A DNA stretch of 64,000 nt, taken from assembly GCA_964512625.1 (NCBI GenBank), contig CAZEKG010000002.1, forward strand, positions 201,102 through 265,101. The letters are read 5' to 3'. Shown here one piece after another: positions 55,509-64,000 of the stretch. The translations under genes were made by a program, and so were the position numbers. Position 1 is the first letter of the stretch. Each line of letters starts with the position of its first letter. The notes beneath the pieces are model-generated. The model saw nothing but the letters and a program-made list of their open reading frames with translations. It was not told the DNA's origin and did not search any database. The stretch comes from an uncultured Gammaproteobacteria bacterium. GTDB lineage: Bacteria > Patescibacteriota > Patescibacteriia > 2-01-FULL-39-33.

Positions 55509-56534
55509 ATGTCTATTAAAAAAGCCATTTTCGACACCAAGAACATTTTAGTCGTCGGCGGCGCCGGCTTTATCGGTTCTCATCTTTGCGATGAATTGGT
55601 TAAGAAGAATAAAGTCATTTGCCTTGATAATTTCTCAACCGGCGAGCGCGACAATATCGCTCATTTGCTTTCCAATCCTAATTTCAAGCTGATCAATCAT
55701 GATATCAATAATGCTATCGAGTTAGAAAAGCAAGTTGAGCTTAAAGATTTTAAAGTTGAATTCCAGGGCGTTCAAGAAATTTATTATTTAGCTTCTCCGG
55801 CTTCGCCTAAGGCTTATGCTGATAAGCCGGTTGAAACCTTATTAGCTAATTCCGTCGGCCTTAGGAACGCTTTGGATATGGCAGTAAAGTATCAATCGCA
55901 ATTTATTTTCGCTTCCGCCCCGGCCGTTTACGGGGAAATATCAAGCGATAAACCGATTAAGGAGAATCAGCTCGGTATTATCGATCAGCTCGGCGAGCGA
56001 GCTTGTTTTTCCGAGGCCAAGCGCTTCGGTGAAACTTTAACCGCTACTTATCGTAAGGTTTACAATCTTGATGCGAAAATTGCCAGGATTTTCAATTGCT
56101 ATGGAACGCGGATGAAGCTTGATGACGGTCGGATTAGTCCGGAAATGGTTAAAGCGGCAACTTCCGCCAAGGATCTTGTTATTTACGGCGATGAAAAGTC
56201 CTGGGGTTCTTATTTTTATGTTACTGATTTGATTAAGGCTTTAATGAAACTAATGGAATCGACTGAAGTCGGGCCAATAAACTTAGCTTCCGATTGGAAA
56301 GTGACTTTTAAGGAAATCGCCGAAAAGATCATTGCTATTTCAGACTCGAAATCAAAAATAACTTTTGAAAAGCGTCCTTCTTCCCTCGGCGATCAATTGC
56401 TAGGCGATATTACTTTAGCTAAAGAAAAGCTGGGTTGGTTCCCGATTATCTTGCTTGATGAGGGTTTGAAAGAAACGATCGATTACATGAGTGCTCAGCA
56501 CGGCGTCCTTGAGCCGGGACAGCAGAATAATTAA
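55509..56534 (+). CDS. NAD-dependent epimerase/dehydratase, UDP-glucuronate decarboxylase (UXS)-like
   Basis: ILVVGGAGFIGSHLCDEL...CLDNFSTGERDNI. Confidence 0.65.
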   Translation: MSIKKAIFDTKNILVVGGAGFIGSHLCDELVKKNKVICLDNFSTGERDNIAHLLSNPNFKLINHDINNAIELEKQVELKDFKVEFQGVQEIYYLASPASPKAYADKPVETLLANSVGLRNALDMAVKYQSQFIFASAPAVYGEISSDKPIKENQLGIIDQLGERACFSEAKRFGETLTATYRKVYNLDAKIARIFNCYGTRMKLDDGRISPEMVKAATSAKDLVIYGDEKSWGSYFYVTDLIKALMKLMESTEVGPINLASDWKVTFKEIAEKIIAISDSKSKITFEKRPSSLGDQLLGDITLAKEKLGWFPIILLDEGLKETIDYMSAQHGVLEPGQQNN

Positions 56535-56536
56535 TT

Positions 56537-57199
56537 ATGAGGATTTTAGTCCTGATTCCCGCTAAAGATGAGGAATCAAAAATCTCCGAAGTGGTTAAAT
56601 CCGTCAAAGCGGAGAGTTATGAAGTTCTGGTTATTGATGATGGCAGTAAAGATAAAACAGCTGTCTTAGCTCGCGAAGCGGGGGCGAAGGTTATTAGTCA
56701 TAGTCTTAATCGCGGGCAAGGAGCTTCCATAAAAACTGGAATTAGGTATGCTTTGGATTTTAACTACGAAGCAGTAGTTTTTTTCGATGCTGACGGCCAA
56801 ATGAGAGCGGATGAAATTAAACTTTTAGTTTCTAAACTGGAAAACGGCGAAGCGGAAGTCATTCTTGGCTCAAGATTCAAGGGTAAGGCGATCAATATCG
56901 ATTTATCAAAGTTAATTACTCTTAAGCTCGGACTAATCTTTACTAAATTAACGACCGGTCTAAGGCTTTCCGATACGCATAACGGCTTCCAAGCCTGGAG
57001 CGCCGGCGCCTTAAAAAAAATTCATCTTTCTCAGGATCGCCAGGCTTACGCCTCCGAGCTTTTGGAAGAGATCGCGGTCAAGAAAATAAAGTATCTCGAG
57101 GTTCCGGTTACCATTTCCTATTCCGCTTATTCAAAGAAGAAAGGCCAAAGTATTTTTAACTCCTTTAATATTATTTTCGATTTAATTTTTAAGAAATGA
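56537..57199 (+). CDS. GT2 polyprenol-phosphate glycosyltransferase (DPM1/ArnC-like)
   Basis: Short soluble GT2 (ILVLIPAKDEE...VLVIDDGSKDKTA) followed by DUF2304, with a GtrA protein nearby. Confidence 0.7.
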   Translation: MRILVLIPAKDEESKISEVVKSVKAESYEVLVIDDGSKDKTAVLAREAGAKVISHSLNRGQGASIKTGIRYALDFNYEAVVFFDADGQMRADEIKLLVSKLENGEAEVILGSRFKGKAINIDLSKLITLKLGLIFTKLTTGLRLSDTHNGFQAWSAGALKKIHLSQDRQAYASELLEEIAVKKIKYLEVPVTISYSAYSKKKGQSIFNSFNIIFDLIFKK

Positions 57200-57555
57200 T
57201 CATCAGTCCGATCAAGTTCCTATTATTAGCTGTTATCGCTTTAATCCTTACGAGGATGTTTTTCAGGTTTAGGTCGAAAGATATCAGTTCAGTCCAATTT
57301 TACGGCTGGCTTGCGGTTTGGCTTCTCGGCATTACCGTTATTGTTTTTCCTAATATAACTACTTACTTGGCTGATAAGGCGGGGCTCGGCAGGGGAGTCG
57401 ATTTAGTCATTTATACCTCGATTATCCTCGGTTATTACCTTATTTTTAAGCTGTTCGTTTACCTTGGCCGGGTCGAGAAGGAGCTGACCGCTCTAGTAAG
57501 AGCCCAGGCGCTAAGAGAGAGTGAAGAGTATAAGAAAAAAAATGATCTTGAATAA
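57196..57555 (+). CDS. DUF2304-like small membrane protein
   Basis: Two or three TM helices; 4-nt overlap with the DPM1-like GT2. Confidence 0.5.
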   Translation: MIISPIKFLLLAVIALILTRMFFRFRSKDISSVQFYGWLAVWLLGITVIVFPNITTYLADKAGLGRGVDLVIYTSIILGYYLIFKLFVYLGRVEKELTALVRAQALRESEEYKKKNDLE

Positions 57556-58597
57556 AAAAATCACTATCGTTATCGTTACTTATAACGCGAGGCAATACCT
57601 GCCTGATTGCTTGTCGTCTTTAGCTGCCCAGGATTATCCTAAGGAGCTGGTTAATATTATCGTAGTTGATAACCATTCGACCGATAGTACGGTCGGCTAT
57701 ATTCGCGAACGTTATCCGCTTATTAAAGTCATTGAAAATAGAAGAAATGCCGGTTTCGCCGAGGCTAATAACCAAGGCTGGTTCTTAGCGGAGAAGAAAA
57801 AGGCCGATTATCTCGTTCTTCTTAATCAAGATACGATCGTTGCTCCTAATTGGCTTTTAAGGCTAGTTAAGACGGCGGAGAGCTCGAAGAAAATCGCTAT
57901 GGTCCAGCCGAAATTGATGCTTTATCCGGAAAAGGATTTAATCAATAGCTTCGGCAATTGCCTCCATTATCTTAGTTTCGGTTTTACGGATCAGTATCGC
58001 AAGAAAGACGATAATCGTGATACCCGGCCGCGGGAGATAACTTATGCTTCCGGCGCCGCTTGCCTGATTAAGATGTCGGCCCTAAAAAAAACCGGCTTGT
58101 TCGACAGTCGATTATTTATGTATCATGAGGACGCCGATTTAGGCTGGAAGATGCGCCTAGCCGGCTTTAAGGTTATGATCGATCCTTTGGCGGTCGTTTT
58201 TCATAAATATAATTTCAGCAAGGCGAAGTATAAGTTCTATTATATGGAACGCAATCGCCTAGTCGTCAGCCTCCAAAACTATAAACTAGCGACCCTAATC
58301 GTCTTTTTTCCGATGTTTCTTTTTATGGAGGCGGGGATTATCTTCTTTTCCATCAAGAATGGCTGGTTTAAAGAGAAGATGAGGGGTTACGGTTGGATTT
58401 TTCTTCATTTACCTTCTATCTTAGCCCATCGGCTTAGAATTCAGTTCAAGATACGCAAAGTCAAGGATCGGGAAATCCTCAAGCATTTTCTCGGCTCCAT
58501 TAAGTTTCAGGAAATCGATAATCCGCTTTTAAGATATTTCGCTAATCCGATTATGGAAGCTTATTTTTGGCTGGCTAAGAAGGTTATTTTTTGGTAA
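57521..58597 (+). CDS. GT2 glycosyltransferase (rhamnosyl/galactofuranosyl-transferase-like) with C-terminal TM segments
   Basis: ITIVIVTYNARQYL...IIVVDNHSTDST and a DxD-like HEDAD. Confidence 0.65.
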   Translation: MKSIRKKMILNKKITIVIVTYNARQYLPDCLSSLAAQDYPKELVNIIVVDNHSTDSTVGYIRERYPLIKVIENRRNAGFAEANNQGWFLAEKKKADYLVLLNQDTIVAPNWLLRLVKTAESSKKIAMVQPKLMLYPEKDLINSFGNCLHYLSFGFTDQYRKKDDNRDTRPREITYASGAACLIKMSALKKTGLFDSRLFMYHEDADLGWKMRLAGFKVMIDPLAVVFHKYNFSKAKYKFYYMERNRLVVSLQNYKLATLIVFFPMFLFMEAGIIFFSIKNGWFKEKMRGYGWIFLHLPSILAHRLRIQFKIRKVKDREILKHFLGSIKFQEIDNPLLRYFANPIMEAYFWLAKKVIFW

Positions 58598-58600
58598 GGC

Positions 58601-59308
58601 TTAGTAGCCGGTAAAAGACTCGGTCTTGATATTTTTGAGAGAAATTCCTGAATCAATCAGGACTTTTTTTATTTCATCAACCATTTTCGGCGGCCCGGAA
58701 ATAAAATAAGTCTTATCGCTTAAAGAGGTTAGATATTTATGGAGCAGTTCCGGGCTCATTTTCGCTTTTTCACCAGTCCAGCTTTCGTCGCCGGTCATAG
58801 CAAAGATCGGTTGGAAATCGGGTAGTTCTTGAGCGACAGTTTCTAATTCCTGAAGATAAGCGGTCGCCTTAGGATTTCGGTTGAAATAGAAAAGACTAAT
58901 TTTATATTTAAGGCTTTCTTGCCTGATATGCCTTAACATACTAATAAAAGGCGTAATACCGATACCGCCGGCGATAAAAACCAATTCTTTATTTTCTTCG
59001 CTCGGGAGAGTGAATAAGCCGGCAATATTCCCGATTTCCACTTCGGAGCCCAGCGGCAGTTCTTTCAACGATTTCTTAAAGCCGGTTTCGCGGATCCTAG
59101 TCGCCATAATCAGCTTATTTTTCTCGCTAGGCGCGTTAACAATCGTAAAATGACGGTGATTGCCTTTTTCATCAGTATAGGGCGGGTTAAGTAGTTCGAG
59201 CGTAAAGAACTGCCCGGCCTTAAACTCGGCAGTTTCTCCTATTAAATCGAAAGTGACTTCGAGCGTTTCTTCGGCAATTTCTTTTTTATCGGCTATCTTG
59301 GCTTTCAT
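58601..59308 (-). CDS. FNR-like oxidoreductase (FAD-binding FR-type plus NAD(P)-binding domain, no Fe-S domain)
   Basis: RHFTIVNAP (RxYS-like FAD motif) and GGIGITPFISML NAD(P) motif. Confidence 0.6.
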   Translation of the reverse strand: MKAKIADKKEIAEETLEVTFDLIGETAEFKAGQFFTLELLNPPYTDEKGNHRHFTIVNAPSEKNKLIMATRIRETGFKKSLKELPLGSEVEIGNIAGLFTLPSEENKELVFIAGGIGITPFISMLRHIRQESLKYKISLFYFNRNPKATAYLQELETVAQELPDFQPIFAMTGDESWTGEKAKMSPELLHKYLTSLSDKTYFISGPPKMVDEIKKVLIDSGISLKNIKTESFTGY

Positions 59309-59318
59309 ATTATTTTAC

Positions 59319-61958
59319 TTATTCTTGATATTTTTTATTGACGATGGATTTCATGACTTGGGTCAGGACGAAGTAAGTGCCGATAACGACGGCGAGAAAA
59401 GGCCAATAGGTATTGGGCAGTTTTACGAAGCCTAGCGGTTCGGCCAGGAGCGAGAAAGGAAGATAAATGCCGATAGCGGCAATGCCGATTGTAGCGGCAA
59501 TTAAAGGCCAGCTGGCCCGGCTTTGGATGAATGGGATCCTGTCGGTCCTAATGATATGGATAATCAGAGTTTGAGTCAAGAGCGATTCAATGAACCAGCC
59601 GGTATGGAAAAGGGCAGGATTATTCCAAGCGTTAAAAAGAAAAAGCATAGCGACATAAGTCAGGATATCGAAGATGGAGCTGATCGGGCCGATAAGGAGA
59701 ATGAAATTCTTGATATTTTTTATTTCCCATTTCCGCGGCTTCAGGAGATATTCCGGATCGACTTTATCAGTCGGAATAGCGGTTTGGGAAACATCGTAAA
59801 GCAAGTTATTGACTAGAATTTGGATCGGTAGCATCGGGAGATAGGGGAGAAACATGCTGGCGGCTACGATACTGAACATATTGCCGAAGTTTGAGCTAGC
59901 GGCCATTTTGATATATTTAATGACATTGCCGAAAACTTTCCGGCCTTCAATAATGCCTTCGGTTAAGACCATTAAGTTCTTTTCTAAGAGAATAATATCC
60001 GATGATTCTTTCGCAATATCGGAAGCGGTATCGACCGAGATGCCAACATCAGCCGCTCTTAAAGCCGGGGCGTCGTTTATACCGTCCCCAAGGAAGCCGA
60101 CTGCGTGGCCGTTACGGCGCAACGCCTTAATAATCCTTTCCTTATTAAGAGGCGAGAGTTTGGCGAAGATATTATTAGTTTCGACGGTTTTAGAAAGCTC
60201 CTCATCGGAGAGTTTTTCAATCTCATCGCCAAGAATGGCTTTTCCGGCCGGCAGTCCGACGACCTGGCAAATCTTTTCAGTTACGGCATCGTTATCGCCG
60301 GTTAATATTTTTATGCCGACGCCGTATTTCATTAAGCCGGCAATAGCTTCTGAGGCGGAATCTTTCGGCGGATCAAGGAAGGCTAAAAAGCCTAATAGGG
60401 TTAAGCCGTTTTCGTCTTTTACTGAATAAGCCTTGTCTTTTCTTGGCAGGTTGCTATAGGCTAAGGCGATGACTCGGAAGCCTTGGTTTTCTAATTCTTT
60501 TATAGTCGCTTGGCATTTTTGATTCAGCTTTTTCCAAGGCTCGATCTTTTTTCCGATTTGAGCTTTTGTACAGACCGAGAGCACTTCTTCGACAGCGCCT
60601 TTGCAAATAAGGAGATGGCCGTCTTTCGTTCTTTCTAAAACAACAGACATTCGCCGGCGCTTGAAGTCGAAAGGCATTTCATCGATCTTTTTATATTGCT
60701 TTTCAATTTTTAGTTTTTCTTGGAGATGTTCATGCTTGAGGATCGCGACATCGATAACATTCTTTAGGCCAGTTTGATAAAAACTATTTAAATAGCCGTA
60801 ATGAAGAACTTCGAGGCTTTCGCCTCCGGCGATGTTGAGATGTTTTTCGAGGATTATTTGCCCTTTAGTTAGAGTTCCGGTCTTATCAGTACAAAGGATA
60901 TCCATAGCGCCGAAGTTTTGGATGGCGCTTAAATGCTTAACAATAACTTTTTTGCGCGACATGTCTAAGGCGCCTTTGGAAAGGTTGACCGCGACGATCA
61001 TCGGCATCATTTCCGGCGCTAGCCCGACGGCGACCGCCATCGCGAATAAGAAGGCTTCCAACCAATCACCGCGGCTGAAACCGTTGATGAAAAAAACAAG
61101 CGGGACCATGAAGAAGATGAACTTCATGATCAGCCAGGTAAATTTTTTAATGCCTAGGTCGAAGCTCGAGGCTTCTTCTTCGCCCATAATCGTTTCAGCC
61201 AAAGAGCCTAGGTAAGTTCTTTTTCCCGTTAAGATAACGATGGCCTTGCAGGAACCGCTTTCGACATTAGTTCCCATAAAGCATAAATTCTTGGCCGAAA
61301 GGGGATTACTATTATTAAGACCAGCTGGGAAAGAGTTTTTTTCGACCGGAATTGATTCGCCGGTTAAGGTCGCTTGATTGATAAAAAGATCCTTGTCTTC
61401 GATAATTCTAATATCGGCAGGAATGATATCGCCGGCGCTCAGCTTAATAATATCGCCCGGAACTAACATCTTAATCGCTATTTCCCGCTCCTTACCGTTT
61501 CTAATTACTGTCGCGGTCGTCCGAACCATAGCTCTTAACTTTTCCGCTGCCACATCAGCTTTGATTTCCTGAAAAAAGCGGAGGAAGATGCTGATTAAAA
61601 CCATGATTAGGATGATGAAAGTGGCGCGGTAATCTCTTGTTATAAAAGAGATGAAAGCTAAGAGTAGAAGCAGGATGGTTAAAGGGTCTTTGAATTCCTT
61701 AAGTAGGCGGAAGAACCAAGGACTTTTCTTTTTTTGAGCGACATCGTTGCGGCCGTATTTTATAGTCTTCTTGATTATTTCGCTGCGCTTTAAGCCATGC
61801 CGGCTTGATTTCATTTTTAAGAACAAGGCTCGTTCGGTTAGGCGCGAAACTTCCTCTAAGGTTTTAGAAGTTTGAGGTTTTAGTCCGGTCGATTCCGCCT
61901 TGTCCGCTGAGCGTGAGAGGATTTTTTTTAAAAAAGTCATGACTATATTATACCACAA
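59319..61958 (-). CDS. mgtA: P-type ATPase, probably Mg2+-importing MgtA-type (type IIIB)
   Basis: DKTGTLT phosphorylation site, GDGINDAPAL, PGDIIKLSAGDIIPADIRI actuator region; 10 TM. Confidence 0.6.
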   Translation of the reverse strand: MWYNIVMTFLKKILSRSADKAESTGLKPQTSKTLEEVSRLTERALFLKMKSSRHGLKRSEIIKKTIKYGRNDVAQKKKSPWFFRLLKEFKDPLTILLLLLAFISFITRDYRATFIILIMVLISIFLRFFQEIKADVAAEKLRAMVRTTATVIRNGKEREIAIKMLVPGDIIKLSAGDIIPADIRIIEDKDLFINQATLTGESIPVEKNSFPAGLNNSNPLSAKNLCFMGTNVESGSCKAIVILTGKRTYLGSLAETIMGEEEASSFDLGIKKFTWLIMKFIFFMVPLVFFINGFSRGDWLEAFLFAMAVAVGLAPEMMPMIVAVNLSKGALDMSRKKVIVKHLSAIQNFGAMDILCTDKTGTLTKGQIILEKHLNIAGGESLEVLHYGYLNSFYQTGLKNVIDVAILKHEHLQEKLKIEKQYKKIDEMPFDFKRRRMSVVLERTKDGHLLICKGAVEEVLSVCTKAQIGKKIEPWKKLNQKCQATIKELENQGFRVIALAYSNLPRKDKAYSVKDENGLTLLGFLAFLDPPKDSASEAIAGLMKYGVGIKILTGDNDAVTEKICQVVGLPAGKAILGDEIEKLSDEELSKTVETNNIFAKLSPLNKERIIKALRRNGHAVGFLGDGINDAPALRAADVGISVDTASDIAKESSDIILLEKNLMVLTEGIIEGRKVFGNVIKYIKMAASSNFGNMFSIVAASMFLPYLPMLPIQILVNNLLYDVSQTAIPTDKVDPEYLLKPRKWEIKNIKNFILLIGPISSIFDILTYVAMLFLFNAWNNPALFHTGWFIESLLTQTLIIHIIRTDRIPFIQSRASWPLIAATIGIAAIGIYLPFSLLAEPLGFVKLPNTYWPFLAVVIGTYFVLTQVMKSIVNKKYQE

Positions 61959-62023
61959 TAATCCTAATCTTAGCTGTTAAAAAGCCTTTGACCTAAGGCG
62001 GATTTAATAATATACTTTGATAT

Positions 62024-63193
62024 ATGAGAGACCATAAAAAAAATCGATTGGCGATTGTTGTTTGCGCTTGGCCGCCTATGGCCGGAGGTATCGGCAATAA
62101 CGCCTATTACCAGGCTAAGGAGCTCGCTAAGCTCGGCTATCGAGTCGGCGTTTTCAGCTTGTTTAAAAAAGAATCCCTTTTTTTAGAGGAAGTGGAATCG
62201 GAAAAACTGCCGGCTTTATTCCGCTTCGGCCACGCCGGTTTTCTTTTCGGTCTTTGTAAAAAACTAAAAACTTACGACTTAATTCATTTTTATTATCCTT
62301 TTTTCGGCGCTGATCTCCAGCTGATTCTTTTTAAATTAATTTTTCCGAAGAAGAAAGTCGTCCTTCATTACGAAATGGATCCGATAGGCCAGGGCTCGGC
62401 CGCCCTATATTTCCGCCTTCATCTTTTTTTATTCTTACCGCTCTCGCTCGCTTTAGCTGATAAGGTCGGCGTTCTTTCTTTCGATCACGCGGAGAATTCC
62501 TATCTTGCTCCTTATCTAAAGAAATATCCGGACAAGTTTCTCGAGCTGCCTAACGGCATTGAAGCTGATTTATTTAATAAGCAGGAACAGGATTTATTAT
62601 TAAGGCAAAAACTAGGCCTGGGCTTGGATGAAAAAGTTATTATTTTCGTCGGCGGGCTTGATCGCCAACATTTTTTTAAAGGAGTTGATGTCCTATTGGA
62701 GTCTTTTAAAAAACTGATCGAGGGCGGGAATGATAATCTTAAGCTCTTGATCGTCGGCGATGGCGACCTGCGGCAGGAGTTTGAAGTTCAGGCTGAGCGG
62801 TTAGAAATAACTCCAAAAGTTATTTTCGCCGGCTGGGTTAAGAATGAGGAATTGCCCAAATATTATAATCTTGCCGATGTTTTCGTTTTACCCTCCGTTA
62901 AAAGTACCGAAAGCTTCGGGATTGTGATTGCTGAAGCCCAGGCTTGCGGACTACCGGCGGTTATTTCCAATTGGCCCGGATCGCGTCAGACGATCTTAGA
63001 AAACGAAACCGGTTATTTAGTTAATCCCGGAGATGTTGACGAGCTAGCTGAGAAAATAAAAAAGATTTTAGATAATAATGATTTGGCGGCGGAGATGGGC
63101 GATAAAGCGGCCATAAACGCGAAAGAAAAATATGATTGGAAGAATATTGCTCGGAAAATGGACGAGTTGTATCAAAAGTTAATCTTAAAATAA
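62024..63193 (+). CDS. GT4 glycosyltransferase
   Basis: C-terminal ESFGIVIAEAQACGLPAVIS motif. Confidence 0.7.
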   Translation: MRDHKKNRLAIVVCAWPPMAGGIGNNAYYQAKELAKLGYRVGVFSLFKKESLFLEEVESEKLPALFRFGHAGFLFGLCKKLKTYDLIHFYYPFFGADLQLILFKLIFPKKKVVLHYEMDPIGQGSAALYFRLHLFLFLPLSLALADKVGVLSFDHAENSYLAPYLKKYPDKFLELPNGIEADLFNKQEQDLLLRQKLGLGLDEKVIIFVGGLDRQHFFKGVDVLLESFKKLIEGGNDNLKLLIVGDGDLRQEFEVQAERLEITPKVIFAGWVKNEELPKYYNLADVFVLPSVKSTESFGIVIAEAQACGLPAVISNWPGSRQTILENETGYLVNPGDVDELAEKIKKILDNNDLAAEMGDKAAINAKEKYDWKNIARKMDELYQKLILK

Positions 63194-63567
63194 TGAGGAA
63201 TAAAAAGCTGTTATATATCTTGCCGCTAGCCTGGATGGGTATGATTTTTTATCTTTCTTCTATCGGCCATTATCCGGTCAATCTTTCGAGAGAAGGCTAT
63301 CAATTAGTTTCTTCAATTGTTCATTTGATATTATATATCGCCTTGGCCGGGCTTTGGTTTTTAGCTTTTTACTATAACGGCTTAGGAAAGAGAAAGGCGT
63401 TGATTATTGCTTTCTTGATCAGTATTGTTTATGGAGTGACTGATGAATGGCATCAAAGCTTCGTTGTCGGCCGGGAAGCCCATTTGAGCGATTGGCTGCT
63501 TGATTTTTTCGGTTCGATTATTGGCGTTCTTATCGGTAGTTTAAAAAATAAGCTTAAATATTTCTAA
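63136..63567 (+). CDS. VanZ-like family membrane protein (the real start may be an internal Met around 63230)
   Basis: DEWHQSFVVGREAHLSDWLLDFFGSIIGVLIG; 58-nt overlap with the upstream GT4 makes the annotated start doubtful. Confidence 0.55.
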   Translation: MEEYCSENGRVVSKVNLKIMRNKKLLYILPLAWMGMIFYLSSIGHYPVNLSREGYQLVSSIVHLILYIALAGLWFLAFYYNGLGKRKALIIAFLISIVYGVTDEWHQSFVVGREAHLSDWLLDFFGSIIGVLIGSLKNKLKYF

Positions 63568-63568
63568 A

Positions 63569-64000
63569 ATGAAAATCGCTTTAGCTCACAATATTTTTCG
63601 GCCGGAGACTCGCGGAGGAGCAGAGGTCGTCGTTGATAATATCGCCTATGCCTTAAAGGAGAAGGGCGATGAGGTTTTTATTCTTACTGTCGGCCGGGAG
63701 AATAAGAAAGAAGAGGTTGACGGGTTGACTGTTTATCGAGTCAAGCCGTTCAATCTTTTTAATTTTTTCGATCTTAATTCTAAACCGGCTTGGCTCAGAC
63801 TGCCTTGGCACTTAATCGATATGTTTAATGATGTCCAGGCCTGGCGGCTTTATAAAATCCTGGAACTTGAAAAGCCGGAAGTTGTTTTTACCCATAGCCT
63901 TAAGGGTTTAGGTTATTACCTGCCCTGGCTTTTAAGGATTATGAAGATTAAGCATATCCATACGGTTCATGATATGCAGCTTCTCGATCCGTCGGGACTG
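63569..64000 (+). CDS. GT4 glycosyltransferase, 5' partial (runs off the window end)
   Basis: MKIALAHNIFRPETRGGAEVVV, a GT4 N-terminal domain; no stop codon within the window. Confidence 0.6.
   Translation, partial: MKIALAHNIFRPETRGGAEVVVDNIAYALKEKGDEVFILTVGRENKKEEVDGLTVYRVKPFNLFNFFDLNSKPAWLRLPWHLIDMFNDVQAWRLYKILELEKPEVVFTHSLKGLGYYLPWLLRIMKIKHIHTVHDMQLLDPSGL

Noticed and set aside
59253-61572. Plus-strand ORFs antisense to mgtA and the FNR-like gene (for example 59854..60429, 60832..61215)
   Set aside because: Antisense to a P-type ATPase with intact DKTGT/GDGINDAPAL motifs

Overview
This window looks like a low-GC, gene-dense bacterial genome segment (by eye high-30s % G+C, nothing computed). 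Small genes, frequent 4-nt start/stop overlaps and weak Shine-Dalgarno signals are consistent with a Patescibacteria/CPR-like organism, but that assignment is inference. There are four parts: (1) housekeeping genes (rarA, a NUDIX hydrolase, queH, dnaE, miaB, miaA, gatB, and the conserved secE-nusG-rplK-rplA block); (2) a deoxypyrimidine-nucleotide cluster on the minus strand (tandem-domain ThyX-like protein, two thymidylate kinases, a T4-like dNMP kinase, dCMP deaminase), with the thyX-like and first tmk genes on a visibly GC-richer island; (3) an ECF sigma factor and anti-sigma-like pair followed by an inverted-repeat-flanked four-helix-bundle gene, a structured leader, and two large secreted surface proteins (a 1153-aa S-layer-like repeat protein and an FN3/peptidoglycan-binding protein); (4) a cell-envelope glycan locus of more than 25 kb (O-antigen-ligase-like protein, epimerases, a UbiA prenyltransferase, a GT-C/HAD fusion, Wzx, two FkbM methyltransferases, GT2/GT4/GT9 glycosyltransferases, an initiating phosphoglycosyltransferase, GtrA, a DPM1-like GT2, an S8 subtilase, MgtA, VanZ). 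I found no rRNA, tRNA or CRISPR. The non-coding DNA contains a modular family of intergenic repeats: a roughly 185-nt element in three copies, always in sense orientation just 3' of a gene, together with GTAAYA-hexamer tracts, 'tgtcatcccgag...gggatccc' inverted-repeat units and C/G-rich hairpins. The most notable observations are these repeats; a roughly 170-aa domain shared between the S8 protease C-terminus and the N-terminus of the giant surface protein; the tandem ThyX-like protein on a compositional island; the IR-flanked four-helix-bundle cassette; a membrane-anchored ClpB-D1-only ATPase; and a UbiA + ArnE/F-like + GT-C-HAD lipid-linked-sugar module.
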